A stretch of DNA of 45,671 nt from Candidatus Dojkabacteria bacterium (GTDB lineage Bacteria > Patescibacteriota > Dojkabacteria > SC72 > JAHDCA01): assembly GCA_027036675.1 (NCBI GenBank), contig JALWDW010000012.1:2604-48274 (forward strand). Direction: 5' to 3'. Both the position numbers and the translations under genes were made by a program. Every line of letters starts with the position of its first letter. Within the stretch, counting starts at the first letter, position 1. This document shows, in pieces, positions 20,033 through 29,115 of the stretch. Under the pieces are notes generated by a model. That model ran no database searches and was not told where the DNA came from. It saw only the letters and a list, made by a program, of their open reading frames with translations.

Positions 20033-20340
20033 CTCTTCCGATCAGGAGCGAACTAATCCGGTTTTTCGATCGTACGCTCCCTTTGTGTATATTTAATGCC
20101 ACACTCTATTCAACCGCAGTAGACAACGTATTCAAGTCAAAATAAAAGATATAGAGTAATCGTATTCCGTTACGAGTCTATACAGGACCATAGTCGCATG
20201 TGATATAACAGACACCGTTAGTGTTCCCGGTTAGGAGTGATCTTTTAGATACAACGGATCATGAACCGAAAACAAAACTTAGCATGTTCGTCTTATGCAC
20301 CAAATGAACTCTGCCTCTTACGCCCCCGCGTAGCTGACCC

Positions 20341-20369
20341 TTGCCCCATCCCCCGGATTTTGTTACACT
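20341..20369 (+). promoter_or_regulatory. Putative sigma70 promoter
   Basis: TTGCCC-17 bp-TACACT with an extended -10 TG, 24 nt before ATG 20394. Confidence 0.45.
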
Positions 20370-20393
20370 GGACGCAGTTAAACAACGGATTAC

Positions 20394-23300
20394 ATGTCCA
20401 CTATGAATGCACCGAAACCAAAAGGTCGACTACTGAAACTCTTTGTCAAAGCGCTCCTTGTTGCCGGCTTGATAACGGGAGTTTTTGCTATTGCATGGAC
20501 ATACTACACCCACCTTGGGGGCAACTACGACCGAATACAGGTAACCAATCTGACCGATCGCAGTGCGACGATCGTATGGGTCTCGGATAAACCGGCCATC
20601 GGTAAAGTGGCCATCCAAGAAGGTAGATCGCGATCGCCGGTGCGACTCAAAGCTGATGGACAGATATTTTACGATGACAGAGATATTGCCAGAGCGATGT
20701 TGGCGACTCATGAAACAGATCGACGAAAGGTGAAAGTGCAGGATTATGGGGAATATTATGTTCACCATATTACAATTCCAGATTTGGACCCAGAGCATGA
20801 ATATTCATTTTATATCAGCGATGGAGGCTTGTTTACCAAGGGTGCGGTATCTTCGTTTCGCACCATACCCGCATTGGATGCCTTGGTCACCCCGTACCCG
20901 ATGTATGGCAAAGTGGTATTCAACTACGACGAGGTACCGGAGCACGGCTTTGACGGAGTAGTGTTTGCAAAACCCATACTCAAGGGTCGGGAAGTCAACC
21001 CGATATCCGCAGTCGTCAATGCCGATGGTTCGTATTACTTAGATCTGACTGCTTATCGCACGGCGGAGGGGAAGATGATTGATTTATCCTTACCTGTCGT
21101 GCAGAGTGTATCAGCCGATATGGGTCTGATCGGGTCCGTCCCGCCAACTTCTGTTGACTTGGACGAGATAGCTCCTATGCCAAACCTCGTCGTAGTTCGA
21201 GGGCGTCCGTACGGTGTGAGTGAGACAGATGCCAATATTGCAGGGCTGACAAGTGAACGGTCTTTTACAATGTCATTTTTTGACCGTATCGCCAACCTTA
21301 ATCCTAGTGTATCTGCGGCAGACAATTGTTGTAATACGGCTGGATACCATACTTGTAATGTGGAGTCTGAATGGGTCGCTGGGTACAATGCCTGTAGTGC
21401 TAAACAATGTACCGCATGCGGGCAAGGCAATAGCAGCGAGCAGGCGAAGAAAGAGGATGCGAAAAAGGCGGGATGCAGTGGCGATAAGTGGAATGAACGG
21501 CAATGTAAGATGGTTGGTGGAAATCAGGGAATGTGTGAATCTGGTGGGTTTACCAGATACCCGCAAGACCAGGGCTATTGTATACCATCGGACGGTGGCG
21601 CATGTACGAAAAATTGTCCACCGCCGGAGCCCCCTGCGACTCCGGCTCCTGCCGCGGCGGCGCAAGCTGTGGAGAGACCTCCCAATATATGTATTGAAGG
21701 TGAGCTGGTAGAGCTCACGGATGATAATGCCGATCAATTTGTTGCGCATACCTGTGATGCAAACAATCGTTGCATCACAGGTCAGGTGTGTGGCAATGAC
21801 GATTGCAATCAGTGTAAGTGTTATGGGCAAGATATCGATCCTGGCACGATGTGTCTTAGTAACGGGATGAGTAGGGCTGTTGGTGTGGGTGCGTCATCGA
21901 CTGGGGGTATCTTATATCATTATATAGTAGATAATGGTAGTGTCCCCCCTTATTGTACGAAATCTAGGCATACAAAATTGACAATAAAGGAGATAAATAA
22001 CCGCCAAAATGCATTTATAAATGATAATTTATGTCAGGAAGCGTTGAAAAAAATGAATAAAGGTGACAACGGTGTACCTGTATGTACTCCGTCTACTTGT
22101 ACAGGTTGTACCAGAGAAGTTAAATGTTCTAAGACAGTTGATGGTGAAGTGAGACGTGGACATTGTGGTGATAATGGTAAAGGTGTTGATGTTTGCATGG
22201 TGGATGATCCTCAAGGAGGTGCAGGTGGTGGCGGTGCTGCAGTTTTTGAGGTCGTGTCGATAATTACTGAAGGTGATCAAGCGGTTCCCGTGTGTCGTGA
22301 TGATTGCATGCCAGGTACTGTTGTGAGTGGGTTTATAGACCTCATATGTACTTATCATACAGAGATAGTACCTTCTGGGAGTGGTGGCACTTGGACATCA
22401 ACAAATACAAGGTGTATGAGACATATTCGAGCAAAACCTGGTCCTGATACTGTCCCATATTGTACTAATGTTGACCATGAAGGGGCGCATGTAAAACAAT
22501 CTTGTTACTGTAAAGCTGGTTGGACAGACAGAATTGTTCCCAATCCCAAAAGTGACATTTGTTGGGATGGGGTAAATAAGGGTTGCAGGCCTAGCGATGC
22601 TGAAGATAAAGACTGCGTTCATGAAGAAAGCGGGGATAAAGGTAAGTGCAAAAAAGTGACAACGAACGGCTATACTCAAATGAAGTGCATCACCCCCGGC
22701 CAATCCGCCCTTCCCCTCCTCGCCCCGCCCCGCGTGGCGACTACGACCTTGGAGCCCACAAGGCCAATCGCCGGGCTGCTATCAACAGTGCATGCCCCAA
22801 TTCCTGAACCGCCTGCAGGTGAACCCCAACAGCCAGACGTGGAATTCATACCCGACACGACGGGTGATCTTGGAGGACGGTTCAAATTCCGCAGACCCGG
22901 CATGTATTGCGCCGACATCCTCGGAGCCAACCGATGCTTTGATATCACGGAAGCTGATACACCGATATATCTTTATCTAGATTTAAACAATGAAGACGAG
23001 TGGGATGGAGTGTTTGACACAGGTGATCTCTCATTGGGAGTTGTATATTTGGATGACGAACTCGGAGGCTTCACATTGCAATACACACCCGTAGTATCCA
23101 GAACAGCTGATGAATCTGAATCTGTAGGTTCTATTGCAGTGTGCGGAGATGGAGTAACCGAAGGATCGGAAGCGTGTGATGACGGTAATACGTATCAAGG
23201 CGATAGTTGTAGTGCTGATTGTTCCACATTTTATGGGACTACGGAACTTACATGTAATAAAACAGCTGATTGTGTGGATGATCGAGGGAATGTGCCGTTT

Positions 23301-24818
23301 GGAGTAGGTTGTTATCAAGGATATTGTCGATCGGCAGCTCCATCTTGTTTAGATGAAGCTGGAAAGCCTGATTTGAAGAAGCGAGGCAAAGCATGTACCG
23401 ACCTTTTTGGTAATACAGCGGAACGCCACTGTTCTTTGAAGCCTGACAATACACCAGGGGATCTGACCGATAATTATATATGGTGTGGTCGAGACGGGGT
23501 TGGCTTTGACTCGCCAGTGTCCTCTTTGGATCGCAGGGTTCGGTGCGAGGCTGATGTCGACTGTGGACCTCTACCTCAGACCTCGGAATTTGAAAACCAC
23601 TCCATTTCTTGTGAAAGTCATTTCTGTGTGATCACACCGGATCCAGTCACCATCCAACCGGGTGAGACATGCGACAACCCAGGTGGCGTATGCCTATGCA
23701 GTACATATGATGGCGAGTTGCCGGATCAGGTCATCTGTCCGGTGAGTGCTGATGCAGTCGTCGCTCAAGTGGGGGTAGGAATCCCGTTATCAGCCATGCC
23801 GGCGTATGATGGAGATGACGATATCGTATACATACCGGGATATCCGCAATTGTTGACGGGCGAAAAATGTGAAGGTCCATATTGTGCTTGCGAGGAATTA
23901 TCAGGAGTGTTTACCAGTCAGGGGCATACATGCGAACCTTGGCATAAGCGTGGGTACGGTGACGAATCAAACAAATCGGACTCAGCTGCTCAACGTAATC
24001 CATCGATACTCCGACTGGTTTCTCCCGTGCATGCCGAATCTATCAAACTGTCCGCAAAAAATGGCATCTTCGCAGTGGAAAAGTCTGGTACTTATTGCAC
24101 ACAAGTGCAAAACAAGAAGTACTGTTTTGCCATACCGACCGGTGAGCGCGAGTATAGGCTGTACATCGATGTCAATTCCAATGGGGAATTTGATGAAGGG
24201 GATGTCGATTTGGGTAAAGAATTTACGAATATAGAAATTGCGCAAGAATCCACGTACTTTGAATACGAACTGCATAGTGGTTTCAATTTGGTGGCGTTTC
24301 CGTTTGTATCGGATGCTTACGGGCAAAGTGCAGCGTCTATGTTGGATTATCTCAATGCGCAGTATTCCGATGCGTTTTATTCAATATCTGAATACGACAA
24401 TGACGGATGGCATGTAGTGGGTAATCGAAACGGGGCCACGTATGCATCAAACGATTTCCAAGTCATCCCGGGCAAGGGATACCTTTTGAAGACCAAGCGC
24501 AACGTACAGGTGCGATTATCCGGCAAATCAGTGCAAACACCCGTACCAGTCTATGTACATCCGGGGTGGAATCTCCTTGCGATCGCCGGCACTCGTACTC
24601 CGTACACCGCGCAACGCGTACTCAATGAGATGAACGAAGCCGAATACGAGGCGGACAACATGAGCCGATGGGATGTCTTATTGGGTAGGTACAATGGTCT
24701 ACAGAGAGGGGAAGACACCGGACAACCGGTATTTTACGGCTTCGATTATCCGCTTGTTGACTTGGAATCGTATTTTGTACGAGTGCAAAGCGGGAGTGGC
24801 GACTGGACTCCTAAGTAA
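20394..24818 (+). CDS. Membrane-anchored FN3-like, cysteine-rich mosaic surface protein (1474 aa)
   Basis: N-terminal TM helix and an FN3/purple-acid-phosphatase-N-like domain (VTNLTDRSATIVW, HHITIPDLDP..EYSF). Many Cys modules, including the myxococcal-type repeat CGDG..EGSEACDDGN...GDSCSADC (23142-23222). C-terminal GFNLVAFP/GWNLLAI modules. Confidence 0.88.
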   Translation: MSTMNAPKPKGRLLKLFVKALLVAGLITGVFAIAWTYYTHLGGNYDRIQVTNLTDRSATIVWVSDKPAIGKVAIQEGRSRSPVRLKADGQIFYDDRDIARAMLATHETDRRKVKVQDYGEYYVHHITIPDLDPEHEYSFYISDGGLFTKGAVSSFRTIPALDALVTPYPMYGKVVFNYDEVPEHGFDGVVFAKPILKGREVNPISAVVNADGSYYLDLTAYRTAEGKMIDLSLPVVQSVSADMGLIGSVPPTSVDLDEIAPMPNLVVVRGRPYGVSETDANIAGLTSERSFTMSFFDRIANLNPSVSAADNCCNTAGYHTCNVESEWVAGYNACSAKQCTACGQGNSSEQAKKEDAKKAGCSGDKWNERQCKMVGGNQGMCESGGFTRYPQDQGYCIPSDGGACTKNCPPPEPPATPAPAAAAQAVERPPNICIEGELVELTDDNADQFVAHTCDANNRCITGQVCGNDDCNQCKCYGQDIDPGTMCLSNGMSRAVGVGASSTGGILYHYIVDNGSVPPYCTKSRHTKLTIKEINNRQNAFINDNLCQEALKKMNKGDNGVPVCTPSTCTGCTREVKCSKTVDGEVRRGHCGDNGKGVDVCMVDDPQGGAGGGGAAVFEVVSIITEGDQAVPVCRDDCMPGTVVSGFIDLICTYHTEIVPSGSGGTWTSTNTRCMRHIRAKPGPDTVPYCTNVDHEGAHVKQSCYCKAGWTDRIVPNPKSDICWDGVNKGCRPSDAEDKDCVHEESGDKGKCKKVTTNGYTQMKCITPGQSALPLLAPPRVATTTLEPTRPIAGLLSTVHAPIPEPPAGEPQQPDVEFIPDTTGDLGGRFKFRRPGMYCADILGANRCFDITEADTPIYLYLDLNNEDEWDGVFDTGDLSLGVVYLDDELGGFTLQYTPVVSRTADESESVGSIAVCGDGVTEGSEACDDGNTYQGDSCSADCSTFYGTTELTCNKTADCVDDRGNVPFGVGCYQGYCRSAAPSCLDEAGKPDLKKRGKACTDLFGNTAERHCSLKPDNTPGDLTDNYIWCGRDGVGFDSPVSSLDRRVRCEADVDCGPLPQTSEFENHSISCESHFCVITPDPVTIQPGETCDNPGGVCLCSTYDGELPDQVICPVSADAVVAQVGVGIPLSAMPAYDGDDDIVYIPGYPQLLTGEKCEGPYCACEELSGVFTSQGHTCEPWHKRGYGDESNKSDSAAQRNPSILRLVSPVHAESIKLSAKNGIFAVEKSGTYCTQVQNKKYCFAIPTGEREYRLYIDVNSNGEFDEGDVDLGKEFTNIEIAQESTYFEYELHSGFNLVAFPFVSDAYGQSAASMLDYLNAQYSDAFYSISEYDNDGWHVVGNRNGATYASNDFQVIPGKGYLLKTKRNVQVRLSGKSVQTPVPVYVHPGWNLLAIAGTRTPYTAQRVLNEMNEAEYEADNMSRWDVLLGRYNGLQRGEDTGQPVFYGFDYPLVDLESYFVRVQSGSGDWTPK

Positions 24819-24860
24819 GACCCGTGGTATATTGGTGTATTAAAATAAATAGTTGGATTT

Positions 24861-25223
24861 ATGAACGAAGTACCCGCAGAATTTTGGATTGTTATCGTCA
24901 CATCACTGACCATAGGCGTATTATTGGTATTTTTCTATTTAATAGAGGCACTGCGCAAATTGACCGCCACATTGGACGAATCTCAACGCAGTGTACGTAA
25001 GACAAACCTGATATTGGATACGGTAAATCTGATTGTCACTGATGCCAGAGATGAGATGATCATGATGATGGAGACTTTCGGATTGTTGCGACGGAATGTC
25101 TTTTCCCCGTTGAGCAATATCGGGGCGGTGGCTACGGCTGTCAAAGCATTTCTTGACGGAGCAAAAGGAGAAGGTAAATCGAAAAGTCGTAGACGAGGCA
25201 AACGTTCCAAGACGGCAAGGTAA
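24861..25223 (+). CDS. Small single-TM coiled-coil protein (DUF948/YtxG-like)
   Basis: N-terminal hydrophobic helix, heptad-like region and basic tail. TGgTATATT -10 box upstream. Confidence 0.7.
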   Translation: MNEVPAEFWIVIVTSLTIGVLLVFFYLIEALRKLTATLDESQRSVRKTNLILDTVNLIVTDARDEMIMMMETFGLLRRNVFSPLSNIGAVATAVKAFLDGAKGEGKSKSRRRGKRSKTAR

Positions 25224-25294
25224 TTTTAAAAATTCGCGTCAGATGCATGGGCCCAGTGTGTGCTGATACCATTTATCATGTATAATGACGTAAG

Positions 25295-27349
25295 ATGTAT
25301 CTCACACCCAAGCAAAAAAAGATCAGGTTGATCAAGATGGGGTTGCTCGTTTTATTGCTTCCTATCCTCTTGTTATCTACCTATATTGTAGTCAAATGGT
25401 ATTCTGGGGCGAGTTCTGCCAACGCCCCACAATCTGTCATAGTCAGCAATATCACATCTAAATCAGTGACGATTAGCTGGATTACAGAACATACAATAGA
25501 CGGTTCAGTACAGGTCGAAATTGGCTCCAAATTAAAAGATTTCCCAGATATACGAGGCCCGAATACAACTTCACGAATTCATTATGTAGAGCTGGAAGAC
25601 TTAACTCCGGATACGACATATGCTTTCAAGATAAAGTCGGGATCAAATTCCTACGATAAAGAAATTACTGATTTCGTGTTTAAGACGGCCCCTATGATGC
25701 AGGAAAGTCCGATCCCGGATCCGTTGTTTGGTGAATCTCCGCAGGGTGATACAGTCATATATATCACAGCCAAGGAAGGCTCTACCGTATTGTCTGGATT
25801 AACCAACTCCTCAGAAAGATGGATTATTGACGGATCAGCTTTACGTAGTAAAGATCTGAAAGCTGCAAAATCCATTGGACCAGATGATGAGATTATATTG
25901 TTTGCGGTAGATGCCGATGGACGTGGAGTTATTCATGAAGGGACTAGGTCAGATCTTTTTAGCACAAGTGGTGAGTTGAAAGATGATGTCTCACTGAAGA
26001 CTGCGGATAGCGTAGATATTATGAGTATTGTTCCAGATGATTTTAAATTTACTAGTAGTGGAGGAGGAAACAACGGAGGAGGAAACAATGGCGGAGGGAA
26101 CAACGGAGGAGGGAACAATGGCGGAGGGAACAACGGCGGAGGGAACAACGGAGGAGGAAACAACGGAGGAGGGAACAATGGCGGAGGGAACAATGGCGGA
26201 GGGAACAACGGCGGAGGGAACAACGGCGGAGGGAACAACGGCGGAGGAAACAACGGCGGAGGAAACAACGGCAATATTTCAATTCCGCCGCGTCAGCCGT
26301 TTGATCCAGCACAACGAGAGTTTATCGATGGGAAGCAGGATGTTCAAATTATCAATATGTTTGACAATGTCCATGGCGGTGGGGCATCTTCCATCCCTGT
26401 GGGTTCGGATACCGTAGAGGTGGTGAACCTTGCGCCGACGACGTTTGGCGTTGTGTGGTTGACCAGAGTTGCCACACCGGGGTATGTCATATACGGCACG
26501 TCTGCGGATGAGTTGAGTGAAAACGCGCCGGATCAGAGGGACTCGACAGCGGGACATGGTTCGTATCATGCTCATTTCGCCGTATTGGAGGACTTGGACG
26601 CGAATACGCAGTACCTGTATGATGTAAATTCCGGGAATTCAGTGTATGACAATGCTGGTTCGCACTACAGACAGAAGACTACGATAGTTTCTGATACACC
26701 CCCGACAAGTCATCAGATTTCGGGTACGGTCAGGGGGTTGGACGATCCGACAGATGCCGTGGTCGTGGCGCAAGTAGTCGATAAGGATGATACCGGTTCC
26801 GCAGGTAAGTCGTCTCTTGTGGGGGTGATCCCGGACGGTGCCGGGAATTGGATCATGGATTTGGGGAATTTACGTGACGAAAACGGTGATTTCTATGAGA
26901 TCACCGAGGAAGATGAGTTGACGATCAGGGTTATAGCCTATGCGGAGAGTCAGGACTTGATTTCTACTGTGGGGGATTTGCAGATGATTGAAGATAATTC
27001 GTATGATATCAACGTCACTCCGATCGAAGATACGTCCTTGGGCGGGGATTATCATGTGCGGGCTCTGGATGACTATGGTGTGCATTCATCGCCGATCGCG
27101 TCGGGTACGGGGACGGGCGGGACTTATTACTTGCAGGCAAACGATCATGATTATGCGATTTACGGAAAAGGCGGCCTGTCTTACACAAGTGACCCGAGCG
27201 GGCAGACTCCGAATACAGGTATAAGCAAGGGGTTGTACGCGTCGTTGCTGACTGGTGGGTTGTTGACCGTCATGGGGTTGATGTTGGCCCGTGCTGGGCG
27301 CGGAAGGAAAGCTGGTCCGACAACGAAGAGTTTATTCAATAAGATATGA
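25295..27349 (+). CDS. Surface protein with two FN3-like modules, GGGNN linker and LPxTG-like sorting signal
   Basis: N-terminal TM. VSNITSKSVTISW..HYVELEDLTPDTTY and VVNLAPTTFGVVW..HFAVLEDLDANTQY modules. C-terminal TPNTG, hydrophobic helix and basic tail. Confidence 0.88.
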   Translation: MYLTPKQKKIRLIKMGLLVLLLPILLLSTYIVVKWYSGASSANAPQSVIVSNITSKSVTISWITEHTIDGSVQVEIGSKLKDFPDIRGPNTTSRIHYVELEDLTPDTTYAFKIKSGSNSYDKEITDFVFKTAPMMQESPIPDPLFGESPQGDTVIYITAKEGSTVLSGLTNSSERWIIDGSALRSKDLKAAKSIGPDDEIILFAVDADGRGVIHEGTRSDLFSTSGELKDDVSLKTADSVDIMSIVPDDFKFTSSGGGNNGGGNNGGGNNGGGNNGGGNNGGGNNGGGNNGGGNNGGGNNGGGNNGGGNNGGGNNGGGNNGGGNNGNISIPPRQPFDPAQREFIDGKQDVQIINMFDNVHGGGASSIPVGSDTVEVVNLAPTTFGVVWLTRVATPGYVIYGTSADELSENAPDQRDSTAGHGSYHAHFAVLEDLDANTQYLYDVNSGNSVYDNAGSHYRQKTTIVSDTPPTSHQISGTVRGLDDPTDAVVVAQVVDKDDTGSAGKSSLVGVIPDGAGNWIMDLGNLRDENGDFYEITEEDELTIRVIAYAESQDLISTVGDLQMIEDNSYDINVTPIEDTSLGGDYHVRALDDYGVHSSPIASGTGTGGTYYLQANDHDYAIYGKGGLSYTSDPSGQTPNTGISKGLYASLLTGGLLTVMGLMLARAGRGRKAGPTTKSLFNKI
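26060..26269 (+). repeat. Coding 15-bp tandem repeat, (GGGNN)x14
   Basis: 14 units of GGM-GGA-GGR-AAC-AAY with only synonymous variation. Confidence 0.97.
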
Positions 27350-27405
27350 GTTCATTTTGTAGTCGGCACGTGTTGTCTTACAATATAGAGTTTTGATATA
27401 ATCAA

Positions 27406-29100
27406 GTGACTTATATTCGAAGAATAATACTGAATAGTATGCATATTGGGGAAAGTGACCAAACCGAACAGAGACACACAATCAGATGGTTAGGTTTGTT
27501 TTTTATAGCATTTTTCGTATTTGTGCTGGTGTCCACAAGGTATTTATCCGTCAGGTATGGGAACTTGTCGTATATTGGCTCTAGTGGAGCGCACGTGTCT
27601 GCACAGGATTTACCGATTGGATTGTCGGGAACTCAGGGGAATAGCGGTCTTGAACCAATGCATGAAGAATCGGTCGAGAGCGGTGATGGTCCGATTGCGG
27701 AAACTCAGATTTCATCAGATACGGATGCAGGCTTGGTAAGTACCAAAGTTTCTCCGACAATCATAGTAGAGAATGTTTCTTCTTTTGAAGTAGTTGGTGG
27801 ACGCGAAGCATTGGAGGCAGATCTGAGGAGACAGCAATCTAAGCTGGAAGAACAGATACGACAAGATTCCGTATTGGGCGCAAGTAGTGTGGGGCCGACA
27901 ACGGCGTCTAACTCTTTGACGAGTACACAATGCCCAAGGCCAGGCAAGAGATATAGACCTCAGCTATTGTGTGTAGAAGAAGAAGAAGTAGATAATGCGT
28001 TTAAAGATGATCATGGGAATTTTCATTTCCCTGCTGTAAACAATGACTCTACTATTTGGATAACAAAAGTTACTTATCCTGGCGCACTATTTGGTGGCCC
28101 TCAGTATGACCAACTGACTGATGAACAAAAGCGCCAATATGAGAAGGGTGATCGTATTACTAGTAAAGTGAAAACGTCGGAAGGAGTTATGCAATTGTCT
28201 TGGTTTTTCCCGACTGCCGGTAATATCTGGAGGTCGGATGAGTTTGAGAAATCTAATCCGCCCGTACAGAAGCAAAATGAAGATATGGATCCGGTTCGAG
28301 TATCAGTGAAAAGCCCGGAAAACGACCAACCGGTTGCGGTTAATGTAAAGGCTGGAAAGCCTAATACACTTGATGGAGCTGCAGATTTTTCCGCCCAAAT
28401 ACCAAATGATGTCGTAGGCGATGGGAAAAATAAGTACATTGGGCGCAATGGTGAGGTATACGACTCTTCGGTGATTCGAACCAATCAAACGGCAGATTTG
28501 GTTGCGGGCATGTTTTACGTTCCGACGGAATTTGAGCCGGGACGTGATAAGAAAATTGATTCATGTATTACTGGTTTCGATACAAAAGAAACATCGGTTA
28601 TAGAAGCTCAATCATATACAAGTTGTTATGACAGGCCATCTTTCGCTAGTACAATCAACGGAATCATCAGCAATTGGAGCCATTTTTGGAATTGTACGAT
28701 CAGGCGGGACAAAGACGCTTGTCAGGTCAATTACGTCTACGGCCTTTATATCGATTCGGTATTCGGGTCGTCCTATGGTTGTGAAGCTGGACAATGTGCA
28801 AGTGAATTTTCAGACGCCATGACAAACTCGTTAGAGGTTCCCAAACCAAAAAGTCAATTGGGTGGCGTATGCAGGAACGTCAAAGGTCAGGCTGCCCCAT
28901 GTACAGAACCTTATTTCGTAAGGACAAAAGGGTGCCAGGTAAGTATAAATAATAGACAGTACGACGTGGATTGCTACTGGGATGTATCTTTATATAGGAA
29001 TGAGTACAATAGACAAATGGCATTTGCGCCACCTGAAGAAGTCATGCCTTTTCCTTATTATTGGTCTGTGGTAGAATGTGTGGCAGGACAAAATAATTAA
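27406..29100 (+). CDS. Membrane-anchored/secreted hypothetical protein with Cys-rich C-terminus
   Basis: Hydrophobic helix WLGLFFIAFFVFVLV and about 10 Cys in the last 200 aa. True start may be ATG 27439, since TATAAT lies at 27397-27402. Confidence 0.8.
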   Translation: MTYIRRIILNSMHIGESDQTEQRHTIRWLGLFFIAFFVFVLVSTRYLSVRYGNLSYIGSSGAHVSAQDLPIGLSGTQGNSGLEPMHEESVESGDGPIAETQISSDTDAGLVSTKVSPTIIVENVSSFEVVGGREALEADLRRQQSKLEEQIRQDSVLGASSVGPTTASNSLTSTQCPRPGKRYRPQLLCVEEEEVDNAFKDDHGNFHFPAVNNDSTIWITKVTYPGALFGGPQYDQLTDEQKRQYEKGDRITSKVKTSEGVMQLSWFFPTAGNIWRSDEFEKSNPPVQKQNEDMDPVRVSVKSPENDQPVAVNVKAGKPNTLDGAADFSAQIPNDVVGDGKNKYIGRNGEVYDSSVIRTNQTADLVAGMFYVPTEFEPGRDKKIDSCITGFDTKETSVIEAQSYTSCYDRPSFASTINGIISNWSHFWNCTIRRDKDACQVNYVYGLYIDSVFGSSYGCEAGQCASEFSDAMTNSLEVPKPKSQLGGVCRNVKGQAAPCTEPYFVRTKGCQVSINNRQYDVDCYWDVSLYRNEYNRQMAFAPPEEVMPFPYYWSVVECVAGQNN

Positions 29101-29115
29101 GGGTGTACGATAATT

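Noticed and set aside
20140-20200. Group I intron core (AAAGATATAG resembles the S element)
   Set aside because: It lacks the AGTC continuation and a matching R element, and no interrupted gene flanks it.
19848-20590. Short ORFs of 82, 74 and 109 aa in the spacer before the 1474-aa gene
   Set aside because: No motifs or plausible protein composition. They overlap the RNA-like structure or the real downstream gene.
26060-26269. CRISPR array
   Set aside because: Contiguous 15-bp coding units without spacers, and no cas genes nearby.
25933-26417. Alternative-frame ORFs with PPPLF, EGTTA or RRCSL repeats
   Set aside because: These are shadows of the stop-free GGGNN repeat. Variation is synonymous only in the GGGNN frame.
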